Source of the DNA: Eledone cirrhosa
Taxonomy: Eukaryota
NCBI GenBank assembly: GCA_964016885.1
Contig: OZ024741.1
Span: 397,854,001 to 397,918,000 of the forward strand
Direction: 5' to 3'
DNA length: 64,000 nt
The position numbers and the translations under genes are program-made. Shown here one piece after another: positions 11,401 through 27,350 of this stretch (positions are counted from its first letter, which is position 1; every line of letters starts with the position of its first letter). The notes below the pieces were generated by a model, which was given only the letters and a program-made list of their open reading frames with translations, ran no database searches and had not been told where the DNA came from.

Positions 11401-14400
11401 TCTACTAAACTACATCTTAGTCTCTCTAGTCCCTCAATTGTCACCTAGTATCTACTAAATTATATCTTAATCTCTCTACTCCCTCAATAGTCACCTAGTA
11501 TCTACTAAACTACATCTTATTCTCTCTAGTCCCTCAATTGTCACCTAGTATTTACTAAACTATATCTTAGTCTCTCTAGTCCCTCAATAGTCACCTAGTA
11601 TCTACTAAACTATATCTTAGTCTCTCTACTCCCTCAATAGTGACCTAGTATCTACTAAACTATATCTTAGTCTCTCTTCTCCCTCAATAGTCACCTAGTA
11701 TCTACTAAACTACATCTTATTCTCTCTACTCCCTCAATAGTCACCTAGTATCTACTAAACTATATCTTAGTCTCTCTAGTCCCTCAATAGTCACCTAGTA
11801 TCTACTAAACTATATCTTCGTCTCTCTAGTCCCTCAATAGTCACCTAGTATCTACTAAACTATATCTTACACTCTCTACTCCCTCAATAGTCACCTAGTA
11901 TCTACTAAACTATATCTTACACTCTCGACTCCCTCAATAGGCACCTAGTATCTACTAAACTACATCTTAGTCTCTCTAGTCCCTCTATAGTCACCTAGTA
12001 TCTACTAAACTATATCTTAGTCTCTCTAGTCCCTCAATAGTCACGTAGTATCTACTAAACTATGTCTTATCTCTCTACTCCCTCAATAGTCACCTAGTAT
12101 CTACTAAACTATATCTTAGTCTCTCTAGTCCCCCAATAGTCACCTAGTATCTACCAAACTATATCTTACACTCTCTACTCCCTCAATAGTCACCTAGTAT
12201 CTACTAAACTACATCTTAGTCTCTCTAGTCCCTCAATTGTCACCTAGTATCTATTAACTATATCTTAATCTCTCTACTCCCTCAATAGTCACCTAGTATC
12301 TACTAAACTATATCTTAGTCTCTCTAGTCCCTCAATAGTCACCTAGTATCTACTAAACTATATCTTACACTCTCTACTCCCTCAATAGTCACCTAGTATC
12401 TACTAAACTATATCTGACACTCTCTACTCCCTCAATAGGCACCTAGTATCTACTAAACTACATCTTAGACTCTCTAGTCCCTCAATTGTCACCTAGTATC
12501 TATTAAACTATATCCTACTCTCTCTAGTCCCTCAATAGTCACCTAGTATCTACTAAACTATATCTTACACTCTCTACTCCCTCAATAGTCACCTAGTATC
12601 TACTTAACTACATCTTAATATATCTAGTCCCTCAATTGTCACCTAGTATCTACTAAACTATATCTTAGTCTCTCTACTCCCTCCATAGTCACCTAGTATC
12701 TATTAAACTATATCTTAGACTCTCTAGTCCCTCAATAGTCAACTAGTATCTACTAAACTATATCTTAGTCTCTCTAGTCCCTTAATAGTCACCTAGTATC
12801 TACTAAACTATATTTAATCTCTGTACTCCCTCAATAGTCACCTAGTATCTACTAAACTACATCTTAGTCTCTCTAGTCCCTCAATAGTCACCTAGTATCT
12901 ATTAACTACATCTTAGTCTCTCTACTCCCTCAATAGTCACCTGGTATCTACTAAACTATATCTTAGTCTCTCTAGTCCCTCAATAGTCACCTAGTATCTA
13001 CTAAACTACATCTTAGTCTCTCTAGTCTCTCAATAGTCACTTAGTATCTACTAAACTATATCTTACACTCTCTACTCCCTCAATAGTCACCTAGTATCTA
13101 CTAAACTATATCTTACACTCTCTTCTCCCTCAATAGTCACCTAGTATCTACTAAACTACATCTTAGTCTCTCTGGTCCCTCAATAGTCACCTAGTATCTA
13201 CTAAACTATATCTTACACTCTCTACTCTTTCAATAGTCACCTAGTATCTATTAAACTATATCTTACACTCTCTACTCCCTCAATAGGCACCTAGTATCTA
13301 CTAAACTACATCTTAGGCTCTCTAGTCCCTCAATAGTCACCTAGTATCTATTAAACTATATCTTAGTCTCTCAAGTCCCTCAATAGTCACCTAGTATCTA
13401 CTAAACTATATCTTACACTCTCTACTCCGTCAATAGTCACCTAGTATCTACTAAACTACATCTTAGTCTCTCTAGTCCCTCAATTGTCACTTAGTATCTA
13501 CTAAACTATATCTTAATCTCTCTACTCCCTCAATAGTCACCTAGTATCTACTAAACTACATCTTAGTCTCTCTAGTCCCTCAATAGTCACCTAGTATCTA
13601 CTAAACTATATCTTACACTCTCTACTCCCTCAATAGTCACCTAGTATCTACTAAACTACATCTTAGTATCTCTAGTCCCTCAATTGTCACCTAGTATCTA
13701 CTAAACTATATCTTACACTCTCTACTCCCTCAATAGTCACCTAGTATCTACTAAACTACATCTTAGTCTCTCTAGTCCCTCAATAGTCACCTACTATCTA
13801 CTAAACTATATCTTAGTCTCTCTAGTCCCTCAATAGTCACCTAGTATCTATTAAACTATATCATAGTCTCTCTACTCCCTCAATAGTCACCTAGTATCTA
13901 CTAAACTACATCTTAGTCTCTCTTGTCCCTCAATAGTCAACTAGTATCTATTAAACTATATGTTAGTCTCTCTAGTCCCTCAATAGTCACCTAGTATCTA
14001 GTAAACTATATCTTACACTCTCTACTCCCTCAATAGTCACCTAGTATCTACTAAACTACATCTTAGTATCTCTAGTCCCTCAATTGTCACCTAGTACCTA
14101 CTAAACTATATCTTAGTCTCTCTACTCCCTCAATAGTCATCTAGTATCTACTAAACTACATCTTAGACTCTCTACTCCCTCAATAGTCACCTTGTATCTA
14201 CTAAACTATATCTTAGTCTCTCTAGTCCCTCAATAGTCAGCTAGTATCTACTAAACTATATCTTACACTCTCTACTCCTTCAATAGTCACCTAGTATCTA
14301 CTTAACTATATCTTAGTCTCTCTAGACCCTCAATAGTCACCTATTATCTACTAAACTATATCTTAATCTCTCTTGTCCCTCAATAGTCACCTAGTATCTA

Positions 14401-17400
14401 CTAAACTATATCTTAGTCTCTCTTATCCCTCAATCGTCACCTAGTATCTACTAAACTATATCTTAGTCTCTCTACTCCCTCAATAGTCAGCTAGTATCTA
14501 CTAAACTATATCTTAGTCTCTCTACTCCCTCAATAGTCACCTAGTATCTACTAAACTACATCTTAGTCTCTCTAGTCCCTCAATAGTCACCTAGTATCTA
14601 CTAAACTATATCTTAGTCTCTCTAGTCCCTCAATAGTCACCTAGTATCTACTAAACTATATCTTATCTCTCTACTCCCTCAATAGTCACCTAGTATCTAC
14701 TAAACTATATCTTAGTCTCTCTAGTCCCTCAATAGTCACCTAGTATCTACTAAACTACATCTTACTCTCTCTAGTCCCTCAATTGTCACCTAGTATCTAC
14801 TAAACTATATCTTAGTCTCTCTAGTCCCTCAATAGTCACCTAGTATCTACTAAACTATATCTTAGTCTCTCTAGTCCCTCAATAGTCACCTAGTATCTAC
14901 TAAACTACATCTTAGTCTCTCTAGTCCCTCAATTGTCACCTAGTATCTACTAAACTACATCTTACTCTCTCTAGTCCCTCAATAGTCACCTAGTATCTAC
15001 TAAACTATATCTTACACTCTCTACTCCCTCAATAGTCACCTAGTATCTACTAAACTACATCTTATTCTCTCTAGTCCCTCAATTGTCACCTAGTATCTAC
15101 TAAACTATATCTTAGTCTCTCTAGTCCCTCAATAGTCACCTAGTATCTACTAAACTATATCTTAGTCTCTCTACTCCCTCAATAGTCACCTAGTATCTAC
15201 TAAACTATATCTTAGTCTCTCTTCTCCCTCAATAGTCACCTAGTATCTACTAAACTACATCTTATTCTCTCTACTCCCTCAATAGTCACCTAGTATCTAC
15301 TAAACTATATCTTAGTCTCTCTAGTCCCTCAATAGTCACCTAGTATCTACTAAACTATATCTTAGTCTCTCTAGTCCCTCAATAGTCACCTAGTATCTAC
15401 TAAACTATATCTTACACTCTCTACTCCCTCAATAGTCACCTAGTATCTACTAAACTATATCTTACACTCTCGACTCCCTCAATAGGCACCTAGTATCTAC
15501 TAAACTACATCTTAGTCTCTCTAGTCCCTCAATAGTCACCTAGTATCTACTAAACTATATCTTAGTCTCTCTAGTCCCTCAATAGTCACGTAGTATCTAC
15601 TAAACTATATCTTATCTCTCTACTCCCTCAATAGTCACCTAGTATCTACTAAAGTATATCTTAGTCTCTCTAGTCCCTCAATAGTCACCTAGTATCTACT
15701 AAACTATATCTTACACTCTCTACTCCCTCAATAGTCACCTAGTATCTACTAAACTACATCTTAGTCTCTCTAGTCCCTCAATTGTCACCTAGTATCTATT
15801 AACTATATCTTAATCTCTCTACTCCCTCAATAGTCACCTAGTATCTACTAAACTATATCTTAGACTCTCTAGTCCCTCAATAGTCACCTAGTATCTACTA
15901 AACTATATCTTACATTCTCTACTCCCTCAATAGTCACCTAGTATCTACTAAACTACATCTTAGTATCTCTAGTCCCTCAATTGTCACGTAGTATCTATTA
16001 AACTATATCTTAGTCTCTCTAGTCCCTCAATAGTCACCTAGTATCTACTAAACTATATCTTAGTCGCTCTAGTCCCTCAATAGTCACCTAGTATCTACTA
16101 AACTATATCTGACACTCTCTACTCCCTCAATAGGCACCTAGTATCTACTAAACTACATCTTAGACTCTCTAGTCCCTCAATTGTCACCTAGTATCTATTA
16201 AACTATATCCTACTCTCTCTAGTCCCTCAATAGTCACCTAGTATCTACTAAACTATATCTTACACTCTCTACTCCCTCAATAGTCACCTAGTATCTACTT
16301 AACTACATCTTAATATATCTAGTCCCTCAATTGTCACCTAGTATCTACTAAACTATATCTTAGTCTCTCTACTCCCTCCATAGTCACCTAGTATCTATTA
16401 AACTATATCTTAGACTCTCTAGTCCCTCAATAGTCAACTAGTATCTACTAAACTATATCTTAGTCTCTCTAGTCCCTTAATAGTCACCTAGTATCTACTA
16501 AACTATATTTAATCTCTGTACTCCCTCAATAGTCACCTAGTATCTACTAAACTACATCTTAGTCTCTCTAGTCCCTCAATAGTCACTTAGTATCTATTAA
16601 CTACATCTTAGTCTCTCTACTCCCTCAATAGTCACCTGGTATCTACTAAACTATATCTTAGTCTCTCTAGTCCCTCAATAGTCACCTAGTATCAACTAAA
16701 CTACATCTTAGTCTCTCTAGTCTCTCAATAGTCACCTAGTATCTACTAAACTATATCTTACACTCTCTACTCCCTCAATAGTCACCTAGTATCTACTAAA
16801 CTATATCTTACACTCTCTTCTCCCTCAATAGTCACCTAGTATCTACTAAACTACATCTTAGGCTCTCTAGTCCCTCAATAGTCACCTAGTATCTATTAAA
16901 CTATATCTTAGTCTCTCAAGTCCCTCAATAGTCACCTAGTATCTACTAAACTATATCTTACACTCTCTACTCCCTCAATAGTCACCTAGTATCTACTAAA
17001 CTACATCTTAGTCTCTCTAGTCCCTCAATTGTCACTTAGTATCTACTAAACTATATCTTAATCTCTCTACTCCCTCAATAGTCACCTAGTATCTACTAAA
17101 CTACATCTTAGTCTCTCTAGTCCCTCAATAGTCACCTAGTATCTACTAAACTATATCTTACACTCTCTACTCCCTCAATAGTCACCTAGTATCTACTAAA
17201 CTACATCTTAGTCTCTCTAGTCCCTCAATAGTCACCTAGTATCTATTAAACTATATCTTAGTCTCTCTACTCCCTCAATAGTCACCTAGTATCTACTAAA
17301 CTACATCTTAGTCTCTCTTGTCCCTCAATAGTCAACTAGTATCTATTAAACTATATGTTAGTCTCTCTAGTCCCTCAATAGTCACCCAGTATCTACTAAA

Positions 17401-17450
17401 CTACATCTTAGTATCTCTAGTCCCTCAATTGTCACCTAGTACCTACTAAA
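8200..17450. repeat. Tandem higher-order repeat, period 3495 bp (70 monomers), two copies plus a rearranged partial third
   Basis: Offset 3495 for cgact 8431/11926, ctacc 8656/12151, ctgta 9326/12821 and ctacttaa 10803/14298. Third-copy markers are cgact 15471 and ctgta 16516. Confidence 0.88.
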
Positions 17451-19879
17451 CTATATCTTAGTCTCTCTACTCCCTCAATAGTCACCTAGAATCTACTAAA
17501 CTATATCTTAGTCTCTCTAGTCCTTCAATAGTCACCTAGTATCTACTAAACTATATCTTAGTCTCTCTAGTCCCTCAATAGTCACCTAGTATCTACTAAA
17601 CTATATCTTACATTCTCTACTCCCTCAATAGTCACCTAGTATCTACTAAACTACATCTTAGTATCTCTAGTCCCTCAATTGTCACGTAGTATCTATTAAA
17701 CTATATCTTAGTCTCTCTAGTCCCTCAATAGTCACCTAGTATCTACTAAACTATATCTTAGTCGCTCTAGTCCCTCAATAGTCACCTAGTATCTACTAAA
17801 CTATATCTTACACTCTCTACTCCCTCAATAGTCACCTAGTATCTAGTAAACTACATCTTAGTATCTCTAGTCCCTCAATAGTCACCTAGTATCTACTAAA
17901 CTACATCTTAGGCTCTCTAGTCCCTCAATAGTCACCTAGTATCTATTAAACTATATCTTAGTCTCTCTAGTCCCTCAATAGTCACCTAGTATCTACTAAA
18001 CTATATCTTACACTCTCTACTCCCTCAATAGTCACCTAGTATTTACTGAACTACATCTTAGTATCTCTAGTCCCTCAATTGTCACCTAGTATCTACTAAA
18101 CTATATCTTAGTCTCTCTACTCCCTCAATAGTCACCTAGTATCTACTAAACTATATCTTAGTCTCTCTAGTCCCTCAATAGTCACCTAGTATCTACTAAA
18201 CTACATCTTAGTCTCTCTAGTCCCTCAATTGTCACCTAGTATCTATTAACTATATCTTAATCTCTCTACTCCCTCAATAGTCACCTAGTATCTACTAAAC
18301 TATATCTTAATCTCTCTAGTCCCTCAATAGTCACCTAGTATCTACTAAACTATATCTTACACTCTCTACTCCCTCAATAGTCACCTAGTATCTACTAAAC
18401 TATATCTGACACTCTCTACTCCCTCAATAGTCACCTAGTGTCTATTAAACTATATCCTAGTCTCTCTAGTCCCTCAATAGTCACCTAGTATCTACTAAAC
18501 TACATCTTAATATATCTAGTCCCTCAATTGTCACCTAGTATCTACTAAACTATATCTTAGTCTCTCTAGTCCCTCAATAGTCAACTAGTATCTACTAAAC
18601 TATATTTTAGTCTCTCTAGTCCCTCAATAGTCACCTAGTATCTACTAAACTATATTTAATCTCTCTACTCCCTCAATAGTCACCTAGTATCTACTAAACT
18701 ATATCTTAGTCTCTCTACTCCCTCAATAGTCATCTAGTATCTACTAAACTACATCTTAGACTCTCTACTCCCTCAATAGTCACCTTGTATCTACTAAACT
18801 ATATCTTAGTCTCTCTAGTCCCTCAATAGTCACCTAGTATCTACTAAACTATATCTTAGTCTCTCTACTCCCTCAATAGTCACCTAGTATCTACTAAACT
18901 ACATCTTAGTATCTCTAGTCCCTCAATTGTCACCTAGTATCTACTAAACTATATCTTAGTCTCTCTAGTCCCTCAATTGTCACCTAGTATCTATTAACTA
19001 TATCTTAATCTCTCTACTCCCTCAATAGTCACCTAGTATCTACTAAACTATATCTTAGTCTCTCTAGTCCCTCAATAGTCACCTAGTATCTACTAAACTA
19101 CATCTTAATATATCTAGTCCCTCAATTGTCACCTAGTATCTACTAAACTATATCTTAGTCTCTCTACTCTCTCCATAGTCACCTAGTATCTACTAAACTA
19201 TATCTTAGTCTCTCTAGTCCCTCAATAGTCAACTAGTATCTACTAAACTATATTTTAGTCTCTCTAGTCCCTCAATAGTCACCTAGTATCTACTAAACTA
19301 TATTTAATCTCTCTACTCCCTCAATAGTCACCTAGTATCTACTAAACTATATCTTAGTCTCTCTACTCCCTCAATAGTCATCTAGTATCTACTAAACTAC
19401 ATCTTAGACTCTCTACTCCCTCAATAGTCACCTTGTATCTACTAAACTATATCTTAGTCTCTCTAGTCCCTCAATAGTCAGCTAGTATCTACTAAACTAT
19501 ATCTTAATATATCTAGTCCCTCAATTGTCACCTAGTATCTACTAAACTATATCTTAGTCTCTCTACTCTCTCCATAGTCACCTAGTATCTACTAAACTAC
19601 ATCTTAGTCTCTCTACTCCCTCAATAGTCACCTGGTATCTACTAAACTATATCTTAGTCTCTCTAGTCTCTCAATAGTCACCTAGTATCTACTAAACTAC
19701 ATCTTAGTCTCTCTAGTCTCTCAATAGTCACCTAGTATCTACTAAACTATATCTTACACTCTCTACTCCCTTAATAGTCACCTAGTATCTACTAAACTAT
19801 ATCTTACACTCTCTTCTCCCTCAATAGTCACCTAGTATCTACTAATCTACATCTTAGTCTCTCTGGTCCCTCAATAGTC

Positions 19880-22800
19880 ACCTAGTATCTACTAAACTAT
19901 ATCTTACACTCTCTACTCTTTCAATAGTCACCTAGTATCTATTAAACTATATCTTACACTCTCTACTCCCTCAATAGGCACCTAGTATCTACTAAACTAC
20001 ATCTTAGGCTCTCTAGTCCCTCAATAGTCACCTAGTATCTATTAAACTATATCTTAGTCTCTCAAGTCCCTCAATAGCCACCTAGTATCTACTAAACTAT
20101 ATCTTACACTCTCTACTCCGTCAATAGTCACCTAGTATCTACTAAACTACATCTTAGTCTCTCTAGTCCCTCAATTGTCACTTAGTATCTACTAAACTAT
20201 ATCTTAATCTCTCTACTCCCTCAATAGTCACCTAGTATCTACTAAACTACATCTTAGTCTCTCTAGTCCCTCAATAGTCACCTAGTATCTACTAAACTAT
20301 ATCTTACACTCTCTACTCCCTCAATAGTCACCTAGTATCTACTAAACTACATCTTAGTATCTCTAGTCCCTCAATTGTCACCTAGTATCTACTAAACTAT
20401 ATCTTACACTCTCTACTCCCTCAATAGTCACCTAGTATCTACTAAACTACATCTTAGTCTCTCTAGTCCCTCAATAGTCACCTACTATCTACTAAACTAT
20501 ATCTTAGTCTCTCTAGTCCCTCAATAGTCACCTAGTATCTATTAAACTATATCTTAGTCTCTCTACTCCCTCAATAGTCACCTAGTATCTACTAAAACTA
20601 CATCTTAGTCTCTCTTGTCCCTCAATAGTCAACTAGTATCTATTAAACTATATGTTAGTCTCTCTAGTCCCTCAATAGTCACCTAGTATCTAGTAAACTA
20701 TATCTTACACTCTCTACTCCCTCAATAGTCACCTAGTATCTACTAAACTACATCTTAGTATCTCTAGTCCCTCAATTGTCACCTAGTACCTACTAAACTA
20801 TATCTTAGTCTCTCTACTCCCTCAATAGTCACCTAGAATCTACTAAACTATATCTTAGTCTCTCTAGTCCTTCAATAGTCACCTAGTATCTACTAAACTA
20901 TATCTTAGTCTCTCTAGTCCCTCAATAGTCACCTAGTATCTACTAAACTATATCTTACATTCTCTACTCCCTCAATAGTCACCTAGTATCTACTAAACTA
21001 CATCTTAGTATCTCTAGTCCCTCAATTGTCACGTAGTATCTACTAAACTATATCTTAGTCTCTCTAGTCCCTCAATAGTCACCTAGTATCTACTAAACTA
21101 TATCTTAGTCTCTCTAGTCCCTCAATAGTCACCTAGTATCTACTAAACTATATCTTACACTCTCTACTCCCTCAATAGTCACCTAGTATCTAGTAAACTA
21201 CATCTTAGTATCTCTAGTCCCTCAATAGTCACCTAGTATCTACTAAACTACATCTTAGGCTCTCTAGTCCCTCAATAGTCACCTAGTATCTATTAAACTA
21301 TATCTTAGTCTCTCTAGTCCCTCAATAGTCACCTAGTGTCTACTAAACTATATCTTACACTCTCTACACCCTCAATAGTCACCTAGTATTTACTAAACTA
21401 CATCTTAGTATATCTAGTCCCTCAATTGTCACCTAGTATCTACTAAACTATATCTTAGACTCTCAACTCCCTCAATAGTCACCTAGTATCTACTAAACTA
21501 TATCTTAGTCTCTCTAGTCCCTCAATAGTCACCTAGTATCTACTAAACTACATCTTAGTCTCTCTAGTCCCTCAATTGTCACCTAGTATCTATTAACTAT
21601 ATCTTAATCTCTCTACTCCCTCAATAGTCACCTAGTATCTACTAAACTATATCTTAGTCTCTCTAGTCCCTCAATAGTCACCTAGTATCTACTAAACTAT
21701 ATCTTACACTCTCTACTCCCTCAATAGTCACCTAGTATCTACTAAACTATATCTGACACTCTCTACTCCCTCAATAGTCACCTAGTGTCTATTAAACTAT
21801 ATCCTAGTCTCTCTAGTCCCTCAATAGTCACCTAGTATCTACTAAACTACATCTTAATATATCTAGTCCCTCAATTGTCACCTAGTATCTACTAAACTAT
21901 ATCTTAGTCTCTCTACTCCCTCCATAGTCACCTAGTATCTACTAAACTATATCTTAGTCTCTCTAGTCCCTCAATAGTCAACTAGTATCTACTAAACTAT
22001 ATTTTAGTCTCTCTAGTCCCTCAATAGTCACCTAGTATCTACTAAACTATATCTTACACTCTCTACTCCCTCAATAGTCACCTAGTATCTACTAAACTAT
22101 ATCTTAGTCTCTCTACTCCCTCCATAGTCACCTAGTATCTACTAAACTATATCTTAGTCTCTCTAGTCCCTCAATAGTCAACTAGTATCTACTAAACTAT
22201 ATTTTAGTCTCTCTAGTCCCTCAATAGTCACCTAGTATCTACTAAACTATATTTAATCTCTCTACTCCCTCAATAGTCACCTAGTATCTACTAAACTATA
22301 TCTTAGTCTCTCTACTCCCTCAATAGTCATCTAGTATCTACTAAACTACATCTTAGACTCTCTACTCCCTCAATAGTCACCTTGTATCTACTAAACTATA
22401 TCTTAGTCTCTCTAGTCCCTCAATAGTCACCTAGTATCTACTAAACTATATCTTAGTCTCTCTACTCCCTCAATAGTCACCTAGTATCTACTAAACTACA
22501 TCTTAGTATCTCTAGTCCCTCAATTGTCACCTAGTATCTACTAAACTATATCTTAGTCTCTCTAGTCCCTCAATTGTCACCTAGTATCTATTAACTATAT
22601 CTTAATCTCTCTACTCCCTCAATAGTCACCTAGTATCTACTAAACTATATCTTAGTCTCTCTACTCTCTCCATAGTCACCTAGTATCTACTAAACTATAT
22701 CTTAGTCTCTCTAGTCCCTCAATAGTCAACTAGTATCTACTAAACTATATTTTAGTCTCTCTAGTCCCTCAATAGTCACCTAGTATCTACTAAACTATAT

Positions 22801-25800
22801 TTAATCTCTCTACTCCCTCAATAGTCACCTAGTATCTACTAAACTATATCTTAGTCTCTCTACTCCCTCAATAGTCATCTAGTATCTACTAAACTACATC
22901 TTAGACTCTCTACTCCCTCAATAGTCACCTTGTATCTACTAAACTATATCTTAGTCTCTCTAGTCCCTCAATAGTCAGCTAGTATCTACTAAACTATATC
23001 TTACACTCTCTACTCCCTCAATAGTCACCTAGTATCTACTAAACAATATCTTAGTCTCTCTAGACCCTCAATAGTCACCTATTATCTACTAAACTATATC
23101 TTAGTCTCTCTTGTCCCTCAATAGTCACCTAGTATCTACTAACCTATATCTTAGTCTCTCTAGTCCCTCAATGGTCACCTAGTATCTACTAAACTATATC
23201 TTAGTCTCTCTACTCCCTCAATAGTCACATAGTATCTACTAAACTATATCTTAGTCTCTCTACTCCCTCAATAGTCACCTAGTATCTACTAAACTACATC
23301 TTACTCTCTCTAGTCCCTCAATAGTCACCTAGTATCTACTAAACTATATCTTAGTCTCTCTAGTCCCTCAATAGTCACCTAGTATCTACTAAACTATATC
23401 TTATCTCTCTACTCCCTCAATAGTCACCTAGTATCTACTAAACTATATCTTAGTCTCTCTAGTCCCTCAATAGTCACCTAGTATCTACAAAACTACATCT
23501 TACTCTCTCTAGTCCCTCAATTGTCACCTAGTATCTACTAAACTATATCTTAGTCTCTCTAGTCCCTCAATGGTCACCTAGTATCTACTAAACTATATCT
23601 TAGTCTCTCTAGTCCCTCAATAGTCACCTAGTATCTACTAAACTACATCTTAGTCTCTCTAGTCCCTCAATTGTCACCTAGTATCTACTAAATTATATCT
23701 TAGTCTCTCTACTCCCTCAATAGTCACCTAGTATCTACTAAACTACATCTTATTCTCTCTACTCCCTCAATAGTCACCTAGTATCTACTAAACTATATCT
23801 TAGTCTCTCTACTCCCTCAATAGTCATCTAGTATCTACTAAACTACATCTTAGACTCTCTACTCCCTCAATAGTCACCTTGTATCTACTAAACTATATCT
23901 TAGTCTCTCTAGTCCCTCAATAGTCAGCTAGTATCTACTAAACTATATCTTACACTCTCTACTCCCTCAATAGTCACCTAGTATCTACTAAACTATATCT
24001 TAGTCTCTCTAGACCCTCAATAGTCACCTATTATCTACTAAACTATATCTTAGTCTCTCTTGTCCCTCAATAGTCACCTAGTATCTACTAACCTATATCT
24101 TAGACTCTCTAGTCCCTCAATGGTCACCTAGTATCTACTAAACTATATCTTAGTCTCTCTACTCCCTCAATAGTCACCTAGTATCTACTAAACTATATCT
24201 TAGTCTCTCTACTCCCTCAATAGTCACCTAGTATCTACTAAACTACATCTTAGTCTCTCTAGTCCCTCAATAGTCACCTAGTATCTACTAAACTATATCT
24301 TAGTCTCTCTAGTCCCTCAATAGTCACCTAGTATCTACTAAACTATATCTTACACTCTCTACTCCGTCAATAGTCACCTAGTATCTACTAAACTACATCT
24401 TAGGCTCTCTAGTCCCTCAATAGTCACCTAGTATCTACTAAACTATATCTTACACTCTCTACTCCCTCAATAGTCACCTAGTATCTACTAAACTACATCT
24501 TAGTATCTCTAGTCCCTCAATTGTCACCTAGTATCTACTAAACTATATCATACACTCTCTACTCCCTCAATAGTCACCTAGTATCTACTAAACTACATCT
24601 TAGTTTCTCTAGTCCCTCAATAGTCACCTACTATCTACTAAACTATATCTTAGTCTCTCTAGTCCCTCAATAGTCACGTAGTATCTACTAAACTATATTT
24701 TACACTCTCTACTCTTTCAATAGTCACCTAGTATCTATTAAACTATATCTTACACTCTCTACTCCCTCAATAGGCACCTAGTATCTACTAAACTACATCT
24801 TAGGCTCTCTAGTCCCTCAATAGTCACCTAGTATCTATTAAACTATATCTTAGTCTCTCAAGTCCCTCAATAGTCACCTAGTATCTACTAAACTATATCT
24901 TACACTCTCTACTCCGTCAATAGTCACCTAGTATCTACTAAACTACATCTTAGTCTCTCTAGTCCCTCAATTGTCACTTAGTATCTACTAAACTATATCT
25001 TAATCTCTCTACTCCCTCAATAGTCACCTAGTATCTACTAAACTACATCTTAGTCTCTCTAGTCCCTCAATAGTCACCTAGTATCTACTAAACTATATCT
25101 TACACTCTCTACTCCCTCAATAGTCACCTAGTATCTACTAAACTACATCTTAGTATCTCTAGTCCCTCAATTGTCACCTAGTATCTACTAAACTATATCT
25201 TACACTCTCTACTCCCTCAATAGTCACCTAGTATCTACTAAACTACATCTTAGTCTCTCTAGTCCCTCAATAGTCACCTACTATCTACTAAACTATATCT
25301 TAGTCTCTCTAGTCCCTCAATAGTCACCTAGTATCTATTAAACTATATCTTAGTCTCTCTACTCCCTCAATAGTCACCTAGTATCTACTAAACTACATCT
25401 TAGTCTCTCTTGTCCTTCAATAGTCAACTAGTATCTATTAAACTATATGTTAGTCTCTCTAGTCCCTCAATAGTCACCTAGTATCTAGTAAACTATATCT
25501 TACACTCTCTACTCCCTCAATAGTCACCTAGTATCTACTAAACTACATCTTAGTATCTCTAGTCCCTCAATTGTCACCTAGTACCTACTAAACTATATCT
25601 TAGTCTCTCTACTCCCTCAATAGTCACCTAGAATCTACTAAACTATATCTTAGTCTCTCTAGTCCTTCAATAGTCACCTAGTATCTACTAAACTATATCT
25701 TAGTCTCTCTAGTCCCTCAATAGTCACCTAGTATCTACTAAACTATATCTTACATTCTCTACTACCTCAATAGTCACCTAGTATCTACTAAACTACATCT

Positions 25801-27350
25801 TAGTATCTCTAGTCCCTCAATTGTCACGTAGTATCTACTAAACTATATCTTAGTCTCTCTAGTCCCTCAATAGTCACCTAGTATCTACTAAACTATATCT
25901 TAGTCTCTCTAGTCCCTCAATAGTCACCTAGTATCTACTAAACTATATCTTACACTCTCTACTCCCTCAATAGTCACCTAGTATCTAGTAAACTACATCT
26001 TAGTATCTCTAGTCCCTCAATAGTCACCTAGTATCTATTAAACTACATCTTAGGCTCTCTAGTCCCTCAATAGTCACCTAGTATCTATTAAACTATATCT
26101 TAGTCTCTCTAGTCCCTCAATAGTCACCTAGTATCTACTAAACTATATCTTACACTCTCTACACCCTCAATAGTCACCTAGTATTTACTAAACTACATCT
26201 TAGTATCTCTAGTCCCTCAATTGTCACCTAGTATCTACTAAACTATATCTTAGACTCTCTACTCCCTCAATAGTCACCTAGTATCTACTAAACTATATCT
26301 TAGTCTCTCTAGTCCCTCAATAGTCACCTAGTATCTACTAAACTACATCTTAGTCTCTCTAGTCCCTCAATTGTCACCTAGTATCTATTAACTATATCTT
26401 AATCTCTCTACTCCCTCAATAGTCACCTAGTATCTACTAAACTATATCTTAGTCTCTCTAGTCCCTCAATAGTCACCTAGTATCTACTAAACTATATCTT
26501 ACACTCTCTACTCCCTCAATAGTCACCTAGTATCTACTAAACTATATCTGACACTCTCTACTCCCTCAATAGTCACCTAGTGTCTATTAAACTATATCCT
26601 AGTCTCTCTAGTCCCTCAATAGTCACCTAGTATCTACTAAACTACATCTTAGTCTCTCTAGTCCCTCAATAGTCAACTAGTATCTACTAAACTATATTTT
26701 AGTCTCTCTAGTCCCTCAATAGTCACCTAGTATATACTAAACTATATCTTACACTCTCTACTCCTTCAATAGTCACCTAGTATCTACTAAACTATATCTT
26801 CGTGTCTCTACTCCCTCCATAGTCACCTAGTATCTACTAAACTATATCTTAGTCTCTCTAGTCCCTCAATAGTCAACTAGTATCTACTAAACTATATTTT
26901 AGTCTCTCTAGTCCCTCAATAGTCACCTAGTATCTACTAAACTATATTTAATCTCTCTACTCCCTCAATAGTCACCTAGTATCTACTAAACTATATCTTA
27001 GTCTCTCTACTCCCTCAATAGTCATCTAGTATCTACTAAACTACATCTTAGACTCTCTACTCCCTCAATAGTCACCTTGTATCTACTAAACTATATCTTA
27101 GTCTCTCTAGTCCCTCAATAGTCACCTAGTATCTACTAAACTATATCTGAGTCTCTCTACTCCCTCAATAGTCACCTAGTATCTACTAAACTACATCTTA
27201 GTATCTCTAGTCCCTCAATTGTCACCTAGTATCTACTAAACTATATCTTAGTCTCTCCAGTCCCTCAATTGTCACCTAGTATCTATTAACTATATCTTAA
27301 TCTCTCTACTCCCTCAATAGTCACCTAGTATCTACTAAACTATATCTTAG
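19880..27350. repeat. Segmental duplication at about 4795 bp offset (96 monomers): ~19880-22600 versus ~24680-27350
   Basis: ctcaag 20061/24857 (4796) and acaccc 21366/26161 (4795, after a 1-bp insertion at ~20595), with the same order of intervening variants. The distal part differs by a few whole monomers. Confidence 0.8.
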
